In this document: one piece after another, positions 12,901 to 24,420 of the stretch | Layout of the letters: every line of letters begins with the position of its first letter | Numbering within the stretch: the stretch's first letter is position 1 | Assembly (NCBI GenBank): GCA_028534125.1 | Contig: CM052818.1 | Span: 30,878,001 to 30,942,000 of the forward strand | Length of the DNA: 64,000 nucleotides | Direction: 5' to 3' | From: Lama glama | Taxonomy: Eukaryota | Notes under the pieces: model-generated | Told to the model about the DNA's origin: nothing | Database searches by the model: none | Seen by the model: only the letters and a program-made list of their open reading frames with translations | Translations under genes and position numbers: made by a program

Positions 12901-13424
12901 AGTCGGCACTGAGTGGGTGGCTTCTAACTCCAGGTTTCAGCACCACCTTTGAGGTCAGAGCGTAGAAGTTTTCATTCTTTTTTTAGCCACTGGTTTCTGA
13001 GTGAGAAAGCCTTTGGAGAAAGGTGTTGAGAGGTCTTCCCAATTTCCCAACTCTTACTCCCTTTTTACACACAGGGGGACATTTAACAACCAGTGTAGTA
13101 GGGATACCAGTCACGCAAAGTACACGTGCCTGCTGAGAGTTAACTGTTTAGTTGCTGAATCATAGGAAGATGGGAGGTGGATGCTAGGGGAGAGAAGGGC
13201 AGTGGGAGGCACCTTCAATACAGTGGGAACCACCGGGAGGAATTCAGCTGGTATAGCTGCTCCACAGTGAACCCAGGCTGAAGTTGACCTATGTTTATAA
13301 TTAAGAGATGGAGGCTTAGTGACAGTCAATGGAATTTTATGACTCATGCTACTGGCTTGTAGAAATCCAGCTTCTATTGATTGATTGATTGACTGATTGC
13401 CTCCAGGAGGAAAAAAAGCAGAGA

Positions 13425-13650
13425 ACTAACAATCTGAGCCCCTACGGGTGCTGCCAGGTGTATCCTGTGTCAACCATCTATTCTTCGTAACAACCCCCTG
13501 GACAGTCGGTATTATTAACTTTGTTTGTCAGGTGAGAAGCATCCAGGCTAAGGATCATGAAGTGACTTTCCCCAAATCATGCTGCTCATCCGTGGAGGAA
13601 CTGGATTCCAAACCAGATCTGTCTGGCTCCAGAACCCACCCTCTTACCAC
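13425..13650 (-). mobile_element. MIR SINE
   Basis: ACAACCCC...TATTATT...AAGTGACTTTCCCCAAATCA...GATTCCAAACCAGATCTGTCTGGCTCCAGAACCC. Confidence 0.75.
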
Positions 13651-15328
13651 CTTACCACGCTCACCCTGGCTTCCTTCCCTCCCTCCCAGCCACACACGGT
13701 CTCCTGAAAGTGATGATTGAATATATTTTCCCCCTATAAAGGTGCCTTTATAGCCTGCCTTTGCTCCCCTTCCTGGAATTACACGTGTCTTGTTGAGACC
13801 AGAAGCTGTTGAATGAAATAGTTTTATATCAGAAGCTATCTCTTCCAGGACAAGTCATTTTAGAACAACAGTCGAAGAGAAAACTTTATAACACTTTCAA
13901 AGAGAAATACATTGTGCTTTCAGCACTGTTTGATAGCCATTAGGAACACATCCTCCCTACAGACCATGGGGAAGGTTTCTGGTCCCTGGGTTAAGCTTTA
14001 AAAAAGGAGTCTCCAAGCTATCACATTCTTGAGGGTGTTAAGCTACTTTCGATCTGCCTCAAGGCTGATTAAAGAGGGGATGGTGAGGAATCAATCAACA
14101 GATGCTGAAAATGCAAAGACCACGGTAAATGGTAACCACCCCACCCTGCCCAACATCATTCTTCGGAGAGGAATAGTCCTGTATCCAGCATAATAGCACC
14201 GATTATTTGGTTGTTTGTGCTGAGGAGTTGAAAGCTATCATGTGCCGGGGAAATACTCAGCATGGAGCAGTAATTATGGATCAGCTGATAATAAAGGATG
14301 TATTGGATTGACTGCTAATTAGATTATTAGCAGGAAAAACAAATACCTGCTATTAACCATAAATAAGCCACATTTGTGATATCTTCTCCTTTTTAATGCA
14401 TATTCCTTTTTATAATGTGCAATTTCTTCTCTGTGCTAGGACTTCCTATCTTCCCCAGTCATATAGAAGCATAGCTGTTGAGCTGTAATCGAGTCGTTTT
14501 CTGGTTTCTTTCCGGTCTCAAAAGGGGTTGAGAGGGGTTGAGAGCACTGACGTGTGTTGAGTGTCATGTGTCAGGCCCTACATGAGATGTGTTTGGTCTT
14601 TTCAGGGAAGAAGTTGGGGCTAGATCAGAGCAGGAGCCGGGTGTTTCTCACAGGCATGCAGTCTCTCTGAGGGGTGAGGGATGAAAGGGTTTTCCCTATG
14701 AAATCCAGCCTGGAGTTAACTGCCAACAAAATGACCTAGTTGCTTCTTTGTTGCCACTTTGAGGTTTGGTCCTCATTATCCTGCTTTGAGGAGGATGGAT
14801 GGGCATTTGGGTGCTTTGTGTGTCTGCCCCTACCCTCTCCCCACCAAGCAGGCCATCTTCCTACCCAGTATGTCCCCAGTGGTGTGAGAATCCGGCTGTC
14901 TTCCTGCCCAGGGTGATTATGCGTTCTCTGGGTGGGGACCATCTGAAAGAGCCCTTGGGAGCTCCCTGGGTTGTCTGCAGGGGTCAGGGGGCAGCTCTGA
15001 CCACGCCCTCAGTAAGTGGTGCAAGTGGCCATCAAGTGTCCTGCAGGAAGGGCTAGGGATGGAATTTATCCCTGACCACACTGTATGCTAGGAGTCTATG
15101 CAGGAGGGAAAGGTTTCCGTGGGGAGAGGGCTGTATGGCTGCCTCTTGGGAGAAATGCTAGGTGCTTTATCTGTGTTGAGTTATTTGTTCTTTACAAGGC
15201 TCACCACGAGGTTAGGCAGGCTGAGACCTAGCTGGTGCTTGCCAGTACAGCCCTACCATGTGTTCAAAGCTGGCACCTTTCTGATTAACTAGTGCCTAAG
15301 CCATACATGTTGTTAAAATGTTCTCTTA

Positions 15329-16130
15329 AAGAAATACAAATCAAAACTATGAGGTACCACCTCACACTGGTCAGAATGGCCATCATTAAAAAGTCCACAA
15401 ACGATAAATGCTGGATAGGATGCGGAGAAAAGGAACCCTCCTACACTGTTGGTGGGAATGTAGTTTGGTGCAGCCACTACGGAAAATAATTCCTTAAAAA
15501 CTGAAAATAGAGTTACCATATGATCCAGCAATCCCACCCCTGGGCATATATCTGGAGAAAACTCTAATTTGAAAAGATACATGCGCCCCAGTGTTGATAG
15601 CAGCACTATTTGCAGTAGGTAAGACGTGGAAGCAACTTAAATGTCCATCAAGAGATGACTGGATAAAGAAGTTATGGTATATTTATACAAAAGAATACCA
15701 CTCAGCCATAAAAAGAATGAAATAATGCCATTTGTAGCAACATGGATGGACCTAGACATGATCATACTAAGTGAAGTAAGTCAGACAGAGAAAGGCAAAT
15801 ATCATATGACATATCACTTATAGGTGGAATCTAAAAAAAATGACACAAATGAACTTATTTACAAAACAGAGACTCACAGACATAGAAAACAAACTTATGG
15901 TTACCAAAGGGGAAAGTGGGGAGAGGGATAAATTAGAAGTTTGAAACTAACACATACACACTACTATGTATCAAACAGATAATCAACAAGGTCCTACTGT
16001 GTAGCACAGGGGACTATATCCAATAGCTTGGAATAACCTATCATGAAAAAGAATATATGTGTGTAACTGAATCACTATGGTGTACACCAGAAACTAACAC
16101 AACATTGTAAATCAACTATAGTTCAATTTT
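15329..16130 (+). mobile_element. 5'-truncated artiodactyl-type L1 (ORF2 C-terminus and 3'UTR) with TSD, next to or within a MIR
   Basis: Peptide [22 protein letters not shown]...[14 protein letters not shown] matches the L1 ORF2 C-terminus; 3' end TGTACACCAGAAACTAACACAACATTGTAAATCAACTATA; TSD core GTTCTCTTA at 15320-15328 and 16136-16144; TT/AAAA site at 15313-15318. Confidence 0.92.
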
Positions 16131-17160
16131 TGAAAGTTCTCTTATGAATATTATCTCTGGATGACATGTGGATTTCCCTTATTTTATGAAGAAAAACTTG
16201 AGGTTCATAAACATGCAGTGAGACTGGCCCAGTTCAACAGAGCTAATAGGTGGTGGAGCTAAGATAGGTCTGTGTGATGCCAGGGTACCATTGGGGTAGT
16301 TGGCAAGTGAGAAAGACGGTGAGTTCCTTGAAGGAATTTCTCCTTTTGAGTCCCTATCCAGCGTGGGGAGACAGGCTTACCAAACAGGAGAGACAATGGG
16401 CCGGTTTTCCTGTACCAGGCCATGTTGCAGACCTGTATAGGCAATCCTGGGTGGGAAACACTGTGCAGGGTGTGGGAGATGGCCGGGCCCGGTTCTGCCC
16501 TCCTGGCCCAGGGCGAATCCTGAAGGAGTAGTGGCGTGTGGAGCAGCAGTGCCTGGCAGAACTCTGTCTCCCTCTTGGACTGGAAGGTGTGTTGCTTTAT
16601 TCCTGGAGAGACGGAACTGGGTGACTTGGATGGCTGTTTAATGGTGAGAGGGCTGCAAGATGAAGAGACATCTTTTTTCTCTTTTGAGTCAGAGTGGAAT
16701 GTGAGGCCGGGGGTTGGAGAGGATCTTTACACGGGTTCCAGGGATAAAAGTTTGAGACGATGGCTTTCAAATTTACTAGGAGTTGTTCTGCAAGGTTGAA
16801 TTCTTCCCTTGCTCATGTCACTCTTCAGTTAGCTCAGAAAAGTGTGGTTGAAGTTTAATCTCATCCTTAAAGCTCTTTCACTAAAACAGGAATCCATTAT
16901 TCCACAGGGCCTCTTATTAGGAGAAGAAGGATTTAGGGCGGTCTTTTCAAGTCATTTCAGTGAGTTTTGAAGAAGTACATTTGCCGGGATCCACTTGTCC
17001 CCAAAGTGTCTGCTGTTTGAAAAGTACAGCATTAGCGAAAGGAAAACAGGAACGGAAAACCAAGTTCAGGAAAGAGAAATAGGCTAACTGAGCACCCCTC
17101 TTTAGTTTAATTAGACATTCATGCCTATTATGGGTTCTGTACTATTTTAGACAGTCTTTA

Positions 17161-17492
17161 CTGGGGTTTGCCCATGGGCCAAAATCAGACCCCACCTCCT
17201 CCTGTGAGCTAAGAATGCTTTTATGTGTGTGTGTGTGTATAAATTTTTAATAGTTGGAGAAAAACTAGAAAGAAAAATATTTTGTGTCACATGAAAATCA
17301 TATGACATTCAAATTTCAGTGTCCATAAATAAAGGTTTATGAGAACAGTCACACTCATCCCTGTACGGATTGTCTGTGGCAGCACTCTCTATCGTGGCCA
17401 AGCTGAATAGCTGTGATGGAGAGTAGGAGGCCCGCCAAAGTGAAAGTTTTGCTATCTGGCTGGCCCTTTGCAGAAAAAGTTTGCTAACTCTG
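17161..17492 (-). mobile_element. MER58B-like hAT DNA transposon
   Basis: Reverse-orientation match to the 12348 and 42360 copies; ends GGCCCTTTGCAGAAAAAGTTTGCTAACTCTG. Confidence 0.8.
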
Positions 17493-17500
17493 CCCTAGAT

Positions 17501-17670
17501 CTATGCTTCTCAAAGTGTGGTTGGCAGGTCAGGGTTGGACATTTGTTAGAAATGCAGATTCTCAGGCCATTCCACAGCCATTAATTCAAAATCTGCATCT
17601 TTTTTTTTTAATCTGCATCTTAGCAAGACTCACAGGTGGTGCCCAGGCAGCTGACGTTTGGGAAGCATTG
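17501..17670. mobile_element. MER5A-like hAT DNA transposon
   Basis: TTCTCAAAGTGTGGT...TTGTTAGAAATGCAGATTCTCAGGCC...GTTTGGGAAGCATTG. Confidence 0.8.
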
Positions 17671-19398
17671 CCGCAGGTGACAACTATCTTTTGCTCACAA
17701 AAATCGAGTGTTAATCGTAGTTCACAAACTGGGGTCTAGAGTTGGTGCTCCATTTCCCTATTTATTGAATTCAGTATGATTCTGAGATCCCATTCTCCTG
17801 AATTGGAGTGGGGATTCCTCTTCTACTCACAGATTCATGAGGATCCAGAAGGCTTCCTCGTTGCTAGAGGATGTGGGAAGAGCCTCGAGCCTTCCTGGCA
17901 TTGTGGTCATGTCTGTGACATCACTGAGCCCTCATCATTCTCCTGCTCCCCGGCCACTGGGTTCCTTGTGACACTGGGATCCCCAAGCCCAGGGTCCAGC
18001 CTCCCTAGGGGCACCGCACAGCCACTCCTCTCGGACCCTGCTGTCCTCTGGGGCACCCACCACTTTCAGGACTGGTTGCCTTCATTGTCTTTCCAAGCTG
18101 GAGGACTTCCCTTTTCCATCACCCGCTGGGCTACTTACTCTTTCAACACACCAGCTTTTTTGTACCACCTGGGAGCAAGGGAGCATCCTGTTTGGGTTCT
18201 ATGCTGAGGTTAGGAATTGGGGCTGGGCTGGGGTCGGGGTGAAGGGGTAGAATGCAGTGAGAACAAATTCAAATGAATATCCCAGTACATTATCCTGCCA
18301 TGCCTGTGGCGAGTTAGGATGCAGTTGGGGGACGTGACCAGCACAGCGCAGTAGCAAATCTAGGATATCTTGCTGTAGAACATGGAGTAAATTCTGTAGG
18401 AATTCAGAGAAAGGGCGATTGTGTGGCTGGCGGGGTGAGGAGGGTCTTCCTGAGGCAGTGGGACTCAGCAAATGGCCAGAGTGGAGGAGTTTTAAAATAA
18501 AGCAATTTGCTTATTTTTATTCTCAGATGTGAATGTGTCTGAAAATGAATGGATCTCTTCAGTTGGGAATATTACAGTTTACTCACTGGGGACCTGTTCA
18601 GGGTATGTTTTTGGTTTAAGGATTTTAACTGCTCAGAGTATGCCGTTTACTCTTAAAGGGGCAGTTCAGTGAAACTCGATGAGGCATCCCCTTTCTCTTA
18701 ACCTCTGGTCTAAATGAGAGTTGCTAAATATGTTCTGTATGTCTCACCAAGGTTGGTTCTGGCTTTTCTTGACCACCTATTTTCATCTTTAATTCGTGGA
18801 GCTCCTGTTAGAGAAACACCCCACGGAGAAGTCATCTTGTCGATCTACATTCTGTCGAATGAGGTCTTGGGAAAAGTCACGTAGAGCAGTCCTGTCCTCT
18901 GACAGGTGTGTGGAAGTCCTGGAGACCCGAGTCTGTGTGCGTTGGTTGGAGGAATCAAGAAGGGAAGATATCCTGGCTGGTGTTACCAGGATGCTGGATG
19001 GGGTTCCCAGGTTGGGAGATTTCCTTCTTCTTGTATCTACCAAGCAGCTCGGAGGCTGATGGCCCACTTGCGTTCACAGACATGTGTGGTGATCCACTAT
19101 GCCTCTCGCCAAGTTACCCTTCTGGGAAGCTGGACGAGGAAAGGACCTAACACAGTGGACATGGACATGCATCATGATGTACCAAGTTAAAAAAAAAAAA
19201 GGATTCAGAATTGTGTCCCTAGTAGGATCCTATTTTGTTTAAAACAAGATATATATTGAAAAAATTTTTAGATTATCAAAGTGAGTGATTTACATAAATG
19301 GGTATGGTCTATGTTGTGTTTCTCATTCTTGCCTAGTAAGTGATTGATTTAGGCTTATCTTCTTGCTGATTTCCTCCACGCACCCCTCCCCCTACTTT

Positions 19399-19530
19399 AT
19401 TTTTTTTGCAGGAGGAAGATAATTAGGTTTATTTGTTTGTTTGTTTGTTTTTGGAGGAGATACTGGGGGTTGAACCCAGGATCTTTTGCATGCTAAGCAT
19501 GTACTCTACCACTTGAGCTATACCCTCCCC
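19399..19530 (-). mobile_element. tRNA-Ala-derived SINE (Vic-1-like, camelid)
   Basis: Minus strand reads GGGGAGGGTATAGCTCAAGTGGTAGAG...CTTAGCATGC...GGTTCAACCCC, then an (AAAC)n linker and A tail; 14-bp TSD CCTCCCCC(T/C)ACTTT at 19385-19398 and 19532-19545. Confidence 0.88.
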
Positions 19531-19679
19531 ACCTCCCCCCACTTTTAAATAAGCATCGTAACAACCTGAATGTGTAAACTTCCGTATCTTTCTCTGTGCA
19601 CCCTCTAGTCGGTATGTAAACAAATATAAACATTTACCGATCTGTTTGGGTCATTATTAAGGAGGAGAGAGAAAGAGAT

Positions 19680-22650
19680 TGACCATAGTATATATCCTTC
19701 TTTGTATCTTACTTTCATTGACTGTACATCCTAGAAATCCTTAGGGCAGTGAGTTCATTATTTTTAATGACTGCATAATATTCTATGACATAGCTGTGGC
19801 TTATTTTATTCATATAATGAATTCACTTCCATATAATGAATATATCCCTTGTCTCTTATCTCTTGTCATTGCACACAATCTGCAGTAAATATCTATGTAT
19901 ACATACTCTTACCTATTGGTGCTTTTATTTCTATGGGATAGATTTTGAGGAGAGGGAGTTCTGAGTCAAAGGGAGTCTAATTTCTATATTAATGGATACA
20001 TTGAGATTGCTTTTTAAAAGAGTGTAATATTCCATATTTCCACTGGCAAGGTGAGTATTCTTTCCACAGCAGCCCCTTTAGCATAAATGTTGTCATTTTC
20101 ATTTTGCCAGTCTAATGGGTGTGTAATAGAATCCTACTATAATTTTATATTCCTCTGACTACCAGAGAGGTTAAGTATGTTCTCACATATTATTGCCCTG
20201 AAGGATCTGTTCTATGAAATGTCTTTTTAGATCCTCTGCCCACTTTTCCACTGGGCTCTTCATCTTTTGTTGTCAGTAGTAAGAACTCTCTGTATGTTAC
20301 AGGTGGCTCTTTGTTGGTCATATGTATTGTAGATTTTTTTCTAGTCAGCTCTTACACTGTTGACTTTGTTTATGGTATATATTACCATAAAATCGTTTGC
20401 TTATTTTTATATAGTTAAAAATAGCTAATGAGTGTTCTGTCTTATTAAAAAGATCTTCCTAACTCCTAGGTTGTATGTAGAACATCCTAAATTTCCTCTT
20501 CTATATGAATTTCAAAAAAACTTTAAAATCTTAAGTCCATCTGGATTTTATTTTCATTTCTAGTTTGAGGTAGGAATTTAACTCCATTTTCTTCTAAATG
20601 AATAGTTATTTGTGTCAATATCATTAGTTAAACAAATCATCATTTTCTTCCACTGACTGAAATACTGCCTTTATCATATATTTATTTCCCCTAAACATTG
20701 GGTTTTAGTTCTGGGAACTCCATTCTGCTCTATTGATCTATGTATCTCTTCCTATCCCAATATCATACTTTTTACTAGAATTTTCTTATTAAACCCAGGG
20801 GCTACTTCTTAATTAGTCCCTCATATTTTCCAGGTATAAAATCATATCATTATCAGAATGAGTTAAATTTCTCTCTTTTTGAATATTGAGCTTAATCACT
20901 TTATTATCTTGTTTTGTCTCATTCATGAGAACATTCTAAATGAAATACCATGGAATATAGAACTCTTTCTTGACTTTGATGCAAATAGCTCTAATATGTC
21001 ACTATTTACTATTTCACACTTATGAAATATTCTTTATCATATTGTAGTAGTTTCATTTCCTGTTTTACTTCAAGTTTTTCTTAGAAATGACTTTGGATTT
21101 TTATCATATTTTGTTTGACTCATACAGTTTTTCTCTTTTGTTGATGCAGTGAATCAGTTTGACTTCCTTATTTTGAACCATCCTTGCTCTCCTGGAATAA
21201 ACCCTTTATAGTTAGAGTTTATTTATGCTGCTGGATTTTATTTGTTGGCATTTATTCGGAAGTTTAACAGCTGTATTCACGAATTAGATTGACTTATAGT
21301 TGTTTTTTGTACTCTGTCAGGGTTTAGATTTAAGAATATACTGCTTTTATAAGATAAACTGGGAGATTTGGGTTTTTTAAGCATACAATAGTTAAAATAA
21401 TAGTTGAAATAACTTTGATATCTGGCTTTGAATGGGCACATAAAAACTCAGCTCTGAAACTGTTGACTCCTTCAACAGTAGCCCGTGACTCCCTTGAATA
21501 CCAATTTTTATTTTGCAATCCAATCTGAAAAATGTTAGTATTTTAATAGGAATATTCAGCCTATCATAATTAGTGAAATAATTGATATATTGAATATTTA
21601 CTGTTTATTTTTCTTTCTTCTTTTTATGATTTTCGCTATTTTGGCCAATCACTATCTCAACCTCTGTTTCCTTTTTAAATTCAGACATCTTATTTTACCA
21701 TCATCACTGACTGTTACCTTCCTTTTCAGGACATTCAGATAGACATTTCTGTAAAAATAAGATATCAGTGAGTTATCCCCACAAAGATGTTTTACTCACT
21801 TCTTATCAGTCTAATACATTGAGGCTTTTAGAAGTATTTTTACTTCCTAACTCTTCCTTCTACTGAAATCAGGTGGACCGTTAGAAGACTTTCACTCATT
21901 AATTTCTTGGCTTTGCTAAGATAATTTAACACTTGTAGAACTAAATGTCAAGTTTTTCTTCACAGAGTGCCTCTTCTTTTTCAAGTATTCTTATTTATCA
22001 CTTTTGTTACACGTTTCCAGTACTTTAATACTCTCTATTTAGATTCAACTGTGCAAATTGCACGGTTCATCACTCACCACTGTTTTCTCTTTATCTCACT
22101 CATCTCAAGATTTGTTTGAATTCATTTTTTGACGTGAGTATTTTCCTGAGATGGGATTTGTGGGTTATATTTTCTATGAACCCTTGCACATCCACAGATA
22201 TCCTAAAATCAAACAGGTGGATAACCTCTATCCTGGATGTTTGGCAGTATGTGGATGGTTTCCCACTGTCTCCTAGATTCCCGTTTTGCAGATGGCAGGT
22301 GAACTTGGTGCCTAATTACTTTCCCTTTGTTAAGTTACTTGTTCTTTCTGTCTGGAGACTTGTGAGATTTCCTCCTTATCTTTGGAACTTAGAAATCCAC
22401 CTTGGGGTATGTCCTTTGCTGTAACTCCTGTGAGGAGCTCAGTTCCATTTGCAGACTCGGGTCTTTCTTCAAGGGAAACCTACTTTCGTTTGTTTAATTC
22501 TTGTGTATTCTTTATTTGTGCCTTTTCTCCCTCTGGGATTATTCTTATTCACAAATTAGGTCTTCAGAATGGGTCTCTTCTCCACATATCTTTTTGTACG
22601 TGATTTCTATTTCTTTGTATTTTTGCTCTTCTGCAATATATATATATATA

Positions 22651-22692
<42 letters not shown>

Positions 22693-23000
22693 TTATTTCT
22701 TTTTCCATTTGATCTCCTGAGCCAACAATTCAGGTCAGTATAGAAACCATCCCTTTCATCAACTCATCTAATGAGCTTTTTAGTTTGAAAACCATGGTTT
22801 TTAGTACCAGAGAGCCTTTTTTTCTTCTTCTTCTTCTTTTTTTTTTTTCTGGTGCTGTAGTTGAACATCATTAAGCGCTGTTGTTGGTTTTTTCGCTTGT
22901 GTTGCCCTTTGCCTCTGCCAACAGCTCTGTTTTATCAGCAGCCTTGCCTTCTGGGTGTTCTGCTCATTCATCTCTCTGGCTTCTGGTCCCCTCTGGGGGG
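19680..23000 (-). mobile_element. Large, highly decayed ancient L1 (ORF2 and ORF1-region remnants), antisense to the gene
   Basis: T-rich plus strand with L1 reverse-complement landmarks (TTCATTATTTTTAATGACTGCATAATATTC; TTGAACCATCCTTGCTCTCCTGGAATAAACCC); no intact ORF. Confidence 0.75.
22636..22691. repeat. (AT)n-(CA)n compound microsatellite
   Basis: Visible directly in the sequence. Confidence 0.95.
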
Positions 23001-24289
23001 GGCTCTTTTCCTCTGTCTACTGGATGAGTCTTAGGACCAGCTGTCCACTGCCTTCAGGTGTGATCAGCAGAGAGTGGTGATGGCATTGCAGTCTTGGCTC
23101 TTGTACTTTGGAGTGGTTCCCCCTGGCAGGTTGTCAGTTCCCCGAGACACCAGAAGGAGCCCCTGAGGTACCCTAGCTCCAGGCTAGAGAGGACTTGGCA
23201 GGCTGCTCAGCTTCCAGCCTTTTCTCTGGGCCATGGAGACAGGAAGTCCTCTCAGAACACTCAGCCAGCTGAGTTGCCTTCCTCCTGGGGTCTGTCCCTC
23301 TCTGGGCTGAGCTGCCCACAGGGTTTGGGAGTTCTGAGCTTGCTCTGGCCCCTCTGCTGCTGCCCTCTTTCAATCCGGAACAGCTTTCTCCATCCAACTC
23401 TGCAGGACCTGAGGTATCTCTCTTCACAGACTCCAGACCATACCTGCTTGCTGGTCTTGCGGCTGCCAGGCTCAAAACAGCATCCTGCAGTTAGCTGGAT
23501 TGGCATTGAGAGAGACTGGTCCAGTTGTCAGCAGGGGCATGTTCAAGACCATAGTCCAAAACTGCTTCATCAGCTCCTGAATTTTCAACAGTGAATTTTC
23601 AGTCACTTCCCAGCAAATTTGTTTTTAAATGTAGGTCTCTTTGTAGAGCAATTAAGTTCTAGGAGGAAGATGAGAAGATAGAGTCTTTGCATTGACTTTT
23701 GTATCCTGTTAACCTTCTAGGAGATGGGTTTTGCTCTGGTTTCGAAAGAATTTCTATGCATTGGAAAGTGTTACTGTGATTTTATAGTAGCTGCATAGAA
23801 TGATACCACTGAATAGGCCTAATTTATCTAGACTGAAAGTATTCTCTTATGGGGTCTGTTAGGGGCTTTTAGGTTTAATCCATCGTAAAGTAAGAGTTCC
23901 AGAAGCGTATGGTGATGGCATTTTCTAACCACAGAAAGGAGGACTTGGTGTAGCATGAAGATCAAAGGGAAGAATTTGGGGATGGCAGGAAGGGGAGGGT
24001 TGGAAGGAAAATCAGGGACAGACTCAGAGGTGTTGTGGACACTGAGAATGGTACAGGATTTGGTTCCTTAGAGTGGGCAGAATGCCAAGTGGACCCTGAC
24101 TCGTTAGGAAATGCATTGGCCTAGATGTTATCATATGTCCTTCCAAGTGCAAAGAATTGGAATATGACCTGGTGGTGAATGTTGGCTGTTTTTCCTTGAG
24201 GACTATAATATGTCACAAAGACTGGCTCATGAATAAGTCAAGAGATCATCTTTTTCAGAATGTATTAAACATCAGTTCCATACAAAAAT

Positions 24290-24420
24290 TTGTGCCTGGA
24301 GCTGTCCTGTATATCTTGTTTACTCTCCACCCAACACCCTATGTTAGGCAGCATTTTCCCCAGTTTACATGAAGAGCAAGACGAGAAACTAAGGGACTTA
24401 TTCGAGGTTACAGGTCCATA
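24290..24420 (-). mobile_element. MIR fragment
   Basis: AACACCCTATGTTAGGCAGCATTTTCCCCAGTTTACATGAAG. Confidence 0.55.
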
